DNA of 64,000 nucleotides from Elsinoe ampelina (Eukaryota): NCBI GenBank assembly GCA_010093995.1, contig ML992502.1, positions 1 to 64,000 of the forward strand, read 5' to 3'. Shown piece by piece: positions 57,126 to 64,000 of this stretch (position 1 is its first letter; each line of letters starts with the position of its first letter). The notes under the pieces were generated by a model. It saw only the letters and a program-made list of their open reading frames with translations, ran no database searches and was not told where the DNA came from. The position numbers and the translations under genes were made by a program.

Positions 57126-60100
57126 ATGGCGGCACTCCGTCCTCGACCCTCGACCAGCACTGCTCCTGCCGGCCTCGAAGGACGTCCTTCGCTTGCTGGC
57201 CTCGACATCGACAACAACATTGAGCTTGCTACCATCAACAATCCCGAACCACGAGCATGGCGATCCACAACCGTAACGAGAGACCGTATACGGCAGTTGC
57301 TCGGCCGCAATCCGTTCAAGACGTCCTACTTCACATTATATCGTCCTATGAATCGACCGAGAGATCGTCTGGCCATCTTCGCCGCCGTATTCCTAGCCAT
57401 CCTTGCTGGTCTCCCTCTACCGATCATTGGGGTCATCTTCGCAAGAATCATCAATCAATTCCCGCCACCAGAGGACCAACTTCGCAAACACGTCACCGAA
57501 CTTCTCGGCGTCGGTACCGGATATTTCGTGGTGACAGCATTGTACACCATCACTTGGGGACTCATAGGAGAGCACATCTCCTGGACTCTAAGGCAAGCAC
57601 TTGTGAAGCGACTGCTCGGCCTCGACCAGACTTACTTCGACGTTCAAGACCCCGACATTGCTGGACTCTTGACCGAGAAATGCGAAAGCATCCAGATCGG
57701 AACCTCGGAGAAGGTTGGTATCTTCCTACAATCCATCAGCTATTTCGTCGCCGCCTTTGTGGTCGGCTTCATCCTAGAGGCTCGTCTCACCGGTATCCTT
57801 TTCGCCGCCGTTATCCCTTGTATGGCAATCATCGTCACCGTCGGCTCTTCTACAGTCACAAAATACGCCAATCGAGCATCTGAATATACCGAGCAGGCTG
57901 GCAAACTAGCCGAATGTTGCATTTCCGCGGTCAAAGTCATCCAGGCCTTTGGCATGGGAGATGAAATGGGTCAGAAGCATCGTGACTTGCTCCAGAACGC
58001 CACTGCTCACGCCATCCGCAAGTCAGTCACTTCAGCAGTGATGCTTGGAGCTGTCTACTTTGTGGCCTACGCCGCGAATGGTCTTGCGTTCTACGAAGGA
58101 TCTAAAATGGCTGCCGGGAAGCCGCGTGGAGACGCTGGCTCCATCTATGCCGTTGTCTTTCTCATCCTCGACGCTTCTTTCGTCCTCGGTCAATTCGGAC
58201 CATTCCTGGGAGCCTTCGGCACAGCAGCCGCCGCCGGCGAAAAGGTCTACGAGGTCCTCGACTTCGATACGCCATCCATCGATGCCTATTCAGCAGAAGG
58301 TCATCAATTGGGACCTGATTCGCTAAAACAGTCAATCGAGCTCAAAGGCGTGAGCTTCGTGTATCCTTCCAGAACTGCATTCAGAGCACTAGACGAGGTT
58401 AATCTGACCATCAAGGGCGGTGCTATGAACGCACTAGTGGGTGAAAGTGGTTCAGGAAAGAGTTCTATCATCTCCCTCCTTCTGCGTCTCTATGATCCGA
58501 CCCACGGTAAAGTTGTCATTGACGGCCACGACATGCGGGACATCAATATCGCCAGTCTACGTAAACATGTCGCTCTCGTCGACCAAGAACCAGTCCTATT
58601 TTCCGGTAGCATCCTAGAGAATATCAGCCACGGCCTGGAAGCAGAGAGTCTCTCCGACAAGGCTGTCCTGGAGAGATGTGAGCGAGCCGCGGAAGAGGCC
58701 AATGTCAATTTCCTCGGCCAACTACCTCAAGGTATACACACTAAGGTCGGCAACGGTGGAGGCGCACAGCTCTCGGGAGGACAAAAGCAACGCATCTGTC
58801 TTGCTCGTGCGCTCGTCAAGCAACCAAAACTTCTTCTACTCGATGAGCCTACATCTGCTCTCGACTCCACCAGTGAGACTCTGGTGATGAATGCTATCCG
58901 GTCTTTCGCCGCCCGAGGTAGCACAGTCGTCATGGTCACCCACCGTCTAGCTACCGCCATGGACTTCCATAACATGGCTCTCATGGCCAATGGTAAGGTC
59001 CTGGAACAGGGGTCGCACGAGGAAATGATTGCGCAAGATCGGATCTACAAGTCCATGGTCGAGGCACAAGCGTTGGCCGATACTCCTACTTCAGAGATTG
59101 AGCCTGTCCTGGAAATGCCTGCTGAGTACGCCATACCACAAGGAGTCAAAGCATCGATGGAGAAAGCGACCCCAGCAACGACAGCCAGTGCACTGGAGGC
59201 TGGCCAGGCAGAACCAAAGAGGTTGACGGCAGGGACTATCCTCAAGCGCTGCATGATGCTCACACGGAGACACTGGCCGCTACTGGCCCTTGCTCTGATG
59301 CTCTCAATCATCAGCGGTGGCATCATCGTCGGCGAAGCTATCACTTTTGGCCACGTTGTACAGCTCCTCAACTTCGAATCTAGTAGCCCTGGCTTCATCG
59401 GTCGGGCATCCTTCCTCTGCCTGATGTTTTTCATGTTGGCTGTTATCGCTCTTATCGCCCATTGCGGTGCTGGTACCTGCTTCGGTATCGCCTCATCCCA
59501 CTTCATCGCCAAGGTCCAGCACGTCTCATTGACGAACATTCTCCGCCAGGACATGCCATGGTTCTCAGGAAGGTCAGCACATTCTCTTGTTGCGAGCATG
59601 TCATCCGACGCTGCGCAGCTGAGCTGTCTCTCCGGAGTTGCCATCGGCACGGTCTTTACAGTCACGACTTCCATATCTGGTGGCATCATTCTATCTCACA
59701 TCGTGGCGTGGAAGATTGCTGTGGTGCTCCTTTGCGCAGTCCCGGTCATGGTCGCCTCTGGCTACATCCGACTGAGAGTACTAGCGCTCTCCGAGACTCG
59801 ACACAGGTCAGCTTACAACGAGGCTGCTGCAATTGCATCCGAAGCATGCAGCAATATGCGTACTGTCGCTTCTCTTGGAAGAGAGAGCAAAGTGTTTCAG
59901 ATCTACCGATCATCTCTCAAGGAGCCATACAAGAAGGGCGTCCGCTTCACTCTCACCTCCAACGTCTTGCTTGCCTTCTCGTTGGCGATTACCTATTTCG
60001 TCTACGCACTCGCCTACTGGTGGGGCTCGCAACAGGTCCGCAATGGGGAGTACACGGTCCTACAATTCTTCATTGTTCTTCCAGCTCTGCTCTTCTCTGC

Positions 60101-61052
60101 TCAGAGTGCCGGTCAAGTCTTCAGCTTGTCGCCGGAGATCTCAAAAGCAAGCATCGCAGCACGCAACGTCTTCACACTTCACGATGAAGAGCCCAAGATT
60201 ATGTCAAAGGCATCCTACCGAAACGTGGTCGGTCATCGCAGCTCGGAGAGTCTATCTTCCATGTCATCTACCAAATCTGAGAAGGCGGCTCTTGTAAAGC
60301 CTGACCGCAAAGGCGCTGTTTGGCTGCAAGATGTGACCCTGACATACGACGGTCGCAAGGATGGTACCGCTTTGCGGGATCTGAATCTACTGATTGCGCC
60401 TGGCGAGATGGTAGCCATCGTTGGTCCGTCTGGCGCTGGAAAGTCGTCCTTTGTGGCACTTATCGAGCGATTCTACGATGTCAGCAAAGGCGCTCTCATC
60501 ATCGACGGCCAGGATATTCGGTCCATCCCTGTGAGCAAGCACCGTGATCGCCTCGGACTCGTGCCACAAGAGCCTGATCTATTCCCGGGCTCTGTCATGT
60601 ACAACATCAAGCTCGGTGCAGCCCATGGTCAGATTGTCACTGACGAAGAGGTGGTGGCTGTTTGCAAGGATTGTGGCATTCATGAATTCATTACCAGCTT
60701 ACCGGAAGGGTACAACACAGAGTGTGGTCGCAATGGTTCTAAGCTATCTGGCGGTCAGAAGCAGAGAATTGCCATCGCACGAGCACTCATTAGATCTCCC
60801 GATATCCTGCTATTGGACGAGTACACATCGGCTTTGGACGCTCACTCGGAAAGAGATGTGAGGCAAGCCGTCGATAACGCCACCAAAGACCGGACGACGA
60901 TCGTCGTCGCTCACAGATTGTCCACTGTACAACACGCGAACAGAATCGTGGTCCTGGACCATGGGAAGATTGTCGAAATTGGTACCCATGCCGAGCTGGT
61001 CTCTAGGGCAGGTATCTACGCCAGCATGGTGGCAGCACAGGCTTTGTCTTGA
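57126..61052 (+). CDS. Full-length ABCB/MDR-type ABC transporter (TMD-NBD)2
   Basis: First ATG 57126. Walker A GESGSGKS and GPSGAGKS, two LSGGQKQR signatures, Walker B LLLDEPTSALD and LLLDEYTSALD. Confidence 0.95.
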   Translation: MAALRPRPSTSTAPAGLEGRPSLAGLDIDNNIELATINNPEPRAWRSTTVTRDRIRQLLGRNPFKTSYFTLYRPMNRPRDRLAIFAAVFLAILAGLPLPIIGVIFARIINQFPPPEDQLRKHVTELLGVGTGYFVVTALYTITWGLIGEHISWTLRQALVKRLLGLDQTYFDVQDPDIAGLLTEKCESIQIGTSEKVGIFLQSISYFVAAFVVGFILEARLTGILFAAVIPCMAIIVTVGSSTVTKYANRASEYTEQAGKLAECCISAVKVIQAFGMGDEMGQKHRDLLQNATAHAIRKSVTSAVMLGAVYFVAYAANGLAFYEGSKMAAGKPRGDAGSIYAVVFLILDASFVLGQFGPFLGAFGTAAAAGEKVYEVLDFDTPSIDAYSAEGHQLGPDSLKQSIELKGVSFVYPSRTAFRALDEVNLTIKGGAMNALVGESGSGKSSIISLLLRLYDPTHGKVVIDGHDMRDINIASLRKHVALVDQEPVLFSGSILENISHGLEAESLSDKAVLERCERAAEEANVNFLGQLPQGIHTKVGNGGGAQLSGGQKQRICLARALVKQPKLLLLDEPTSALDSTSETLVMNAIRSFAARGSTVVMVTHRLATAMDFHNMALMANGKVLEQGSHEEMIAQDRIYKSMVEAQALADTPTSEIEPVLEMPAEYAIPQGVKASMEKATPATTASALEAGQAEPKRLTAGTILKRCMMLTRRHWPLLALALMLSIISGGIIVGEAITFGHVVQLLNFESSSPGFIGRASFLCLMFFMLAVIALIAHCGAGTCFGIASSHFIAKVQHVSLTNILRQDMPWFSGRSAHSLVASMSSDAAQLSCLSGVAIGTVFTVTTSISGGIILSHIVAWKIAVVLLCAVPVMVASGYIRLRVLALSETRHRSAYNEAAAIASEACSNMRTVASLGRESKVFQIYRSSLKEPYKKGVRFTLTSNVLLAFSLAITYFVYALAYWWGSQQVRNGEYTVLQFFIVLPALLFSAQSAGQVFSLSPEISKASIAARNVFTLHDEEPKIMSKASYRNVVGHRSSESLSSMSSTKSEKAALVKPDRKGAVWLQDVTLTYDGRKDGTALRDLNLLIAPGEMVAIVGPSGAGKSSFVALIERFYDVSKGALIIDGQDIRSIPVSKHRDRLGLVPQEPDLFPGSVMYNIKLGAAHGQIVTDEEVVAVCKDCGIHEFITSLPEGYNTECGRNGSKLSGGQKQRIAIARALIRSPDILLLDEYTSALDAHSERDVRQAVDNATKDRTTIVVAHRLSTVQHANRIVVLDHGKIVEIGTHAELVSRAGIYASMVAAQALS

Positions 61053-62120
61053 ATATGATTCACCATTAACGAAGTATGACACGACATAGAAAAGCGATCA
61101 TCTTAGCGACATGAATTAATTTGCTCTTCCTAGCAGTTCCTAGCCATTTTGCAACCTTGCAATCTCCTTGGCCATGTATACAGCTTCCTACTTTTGCATA
61201 TGATTGCGCGTATTACCCTGCAGGTACAGATACATTGCCACTTCATGAAAAGATACTCCTGCTGCCAATATGGTCAAGCACGCCGCGTACTGATCTTGCA
61301 GGGAAACCAAGATAATCCCCTCAGTCATCCCCTGCGTCAATCACACTGTTGCTCACGGTGCTCGCAAGGTTTCCGTGGATCGCACGGGCTTCTGCATGGT
61401 CGCTTATGTCCCAAGCATAGTTTGCTGCAGGGTCAACTTTGCCAAACGGCTGGACCTTTTGCTTCGAAATGTTTCGAACACGGCAATGCAAAAACGATGC
61501 TGCAGCGACCGTAGTCGGAAGTAACTCTCAGCCACCTTCCTCACTCTGCATGACAAAGACGTCAGGGTCTTACTCGATGTCCATCGACCTTTTTTTTTTC
61601 TGCTCCTCGGCATCAGGGTCTATGCAACCCTTTCCCCACCTCTACGATCATACCCGGTCATGCGGAAACGTGTTTGCTCGGTTCACAGCACGGGTGATGG
61701 GTCGGAAATCGTGCTGATCGTCGTTGAACGAGCATGAACTTATGGAGGCTCTTTCCACATACGATGCAGGTCCAGACAGGGAAGCTGCGTACTGCTCGGC
61801 GCTGGAGCACACAGGGATGAAGCCAGACTACTCAGCGGTTGGCATATACATGGCGTTATAACAGAGGCTTGTTGCCTTCCACTTCCAGTGCTCCGAGCAG
61901 TCGACCAAGACGGATGCATTTCCACCATAGAGCAAGGACTCCCGCATGAGAAGTTTCTCACCGACCCCGCTCTTGCATTGCGTTTCGTAGCCGTCGATCG
62001 AAAAGGCCGGCATCGCATCTATCCGGCATCAGGACCACTTCAGGACGTCCATCCGTTGTGGACTACTCGAGTAGCGCCGACACGAGCTGAAGTCAAGCAG
62101 CCCTAGACGTCGAAATGCCG

Positions 62121-62333
62121 TAATCAGATTTTTCAGCGGATCAGATAACCTAATTGCTTTCCACCCATGTCACATTCCTGGAGGGTGTCAAATATCCGGT
62201 CGATCGCCTGGGTTGGGGTTTGTCTTATATACCACACCTTGATCCATGTCACGGCGCCGCCAGCTGTTTCTTCTTTCGTCCTAGCCTTTGAAGGCCCAAG
62301 CTGAAATTTCTGATCAGATTGATAAAGAGATAA
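62121..62333. promoter_or_regulatory. Cluster of SreA-type GATA sites upstream of sidA
   Basis: Perfect ATCAGATAA at 62140-62148, ATCAGATT at 62123 and 62313, GATAA at 62321 and 62329. Confidence 0.7.
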
Positions 62334-63067
62334 TCTCGTTTCTCGTCGATCTCCACCGCTTGGATCTGGTTGTGTCCACTCTTGACGACATTTCCGATGC
62401 CTACCCATGTTTCTTTCCGTGCCAGGCCCATATTGCGTCTTCCAGACTGCCATGTCTAGCCGATCACATACTCGTTTAGGCGCGTATTCGTGATACATCA
62501 AAATTTTCCTCTTCGTCAGCCTTCAGGGCTCGTCCAAGGCTTCGACTCCACCCTGCCCCCCGTTCTCGGACATTCACCTACCTCGGAGGTAGATGGTACG
62601 AAGAGTAGTGAAGCCATCAGCGGGACGGGGTAATTTGAGCGACACTAGAAACTTCTTCACCGTCTTCTCCCGTGAACTTTTCGTCGTTCCACCACGTTTG
62701 TTGTGCGTCCGGGTGTCGTCAGGAACCCCATCTGATTCGGGTGGCTTTTATATGACCCGGTTTACTGCTTCCTCCCATATCGTTCGTTGATCTAATCAGA
62801 TCAAACACTACCATCCACGTGCGTTGTCACTGTAAGTCATCGATCCTGCATTTCTTTGTATCACCGACATCACATTCTGTGCTACCTTGGGCAACGGTCA
62901 TCTAATCGCTGCTTTGAGAACTGGAGGGGCACGCCGTTACCACTATACCAACCGCGCAGCCTTCATACCATCAGAGACTGACAAACTTCAGAAATTTGTT
63001 GTTTCAGACTGGTGACGACACCACTTTCTAGCGAACAAAACATCAACAACAACTACATCTTTGTTGA

Positions 63068-64000
<933 letters not shown>

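Noticed and set aside
61053..62100. Additional cluster gene between the ABC transporter and sidA
   Set aside because: Only short ORFs with no motifs or coding-like bias.

Overview
Eukaryotic, intron-containing DNA from a filamentous ascomycete. A Dothideomycete-like origin is inferred from the RIP signature, short GT..CTRAY..YAG introns and gene content. From left to right: (1) 1-2.1 kb is an AT-rich, RIP-mutated block whose right end still reads as a destroyed ankyrin-repeat gene, and the mutation signature appears to leak into the tail of a neighbouring pseudokinase. (2) An ammonium transporter. (3) An accessory island at about 7.2-18 kb holds a decaying three-gene relic (CocE/NonD hydrolase fragment, dioxygenase fragment fused to a broken MFS transporter), two Pth11-like receptors, an SDR, and a divergent pair of small secreted effector-like genes; one of these has 4 exons and is not recovered by the ORF track. 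(4) A dense housekeeping block: XPT1, TFC6, a RING-CH ligase, PER1, NST1, RHO2, mL40/MRPL28, PCM1. (5) An RTA1-like gene, a SnoaL-like gene and two diverged tandem paralogues. (6) A ferrichrome-type siderophore cluster: a SidC/NPS2-like NRPS (3 A, 6 T, 6 C domains), an ABCB transporter and SidA (cut by the window end), with SreA-type ATCWGATAA sites. All family calls come from motif recognition by eye; no searches were run. Exon boundaries are manual predictions.
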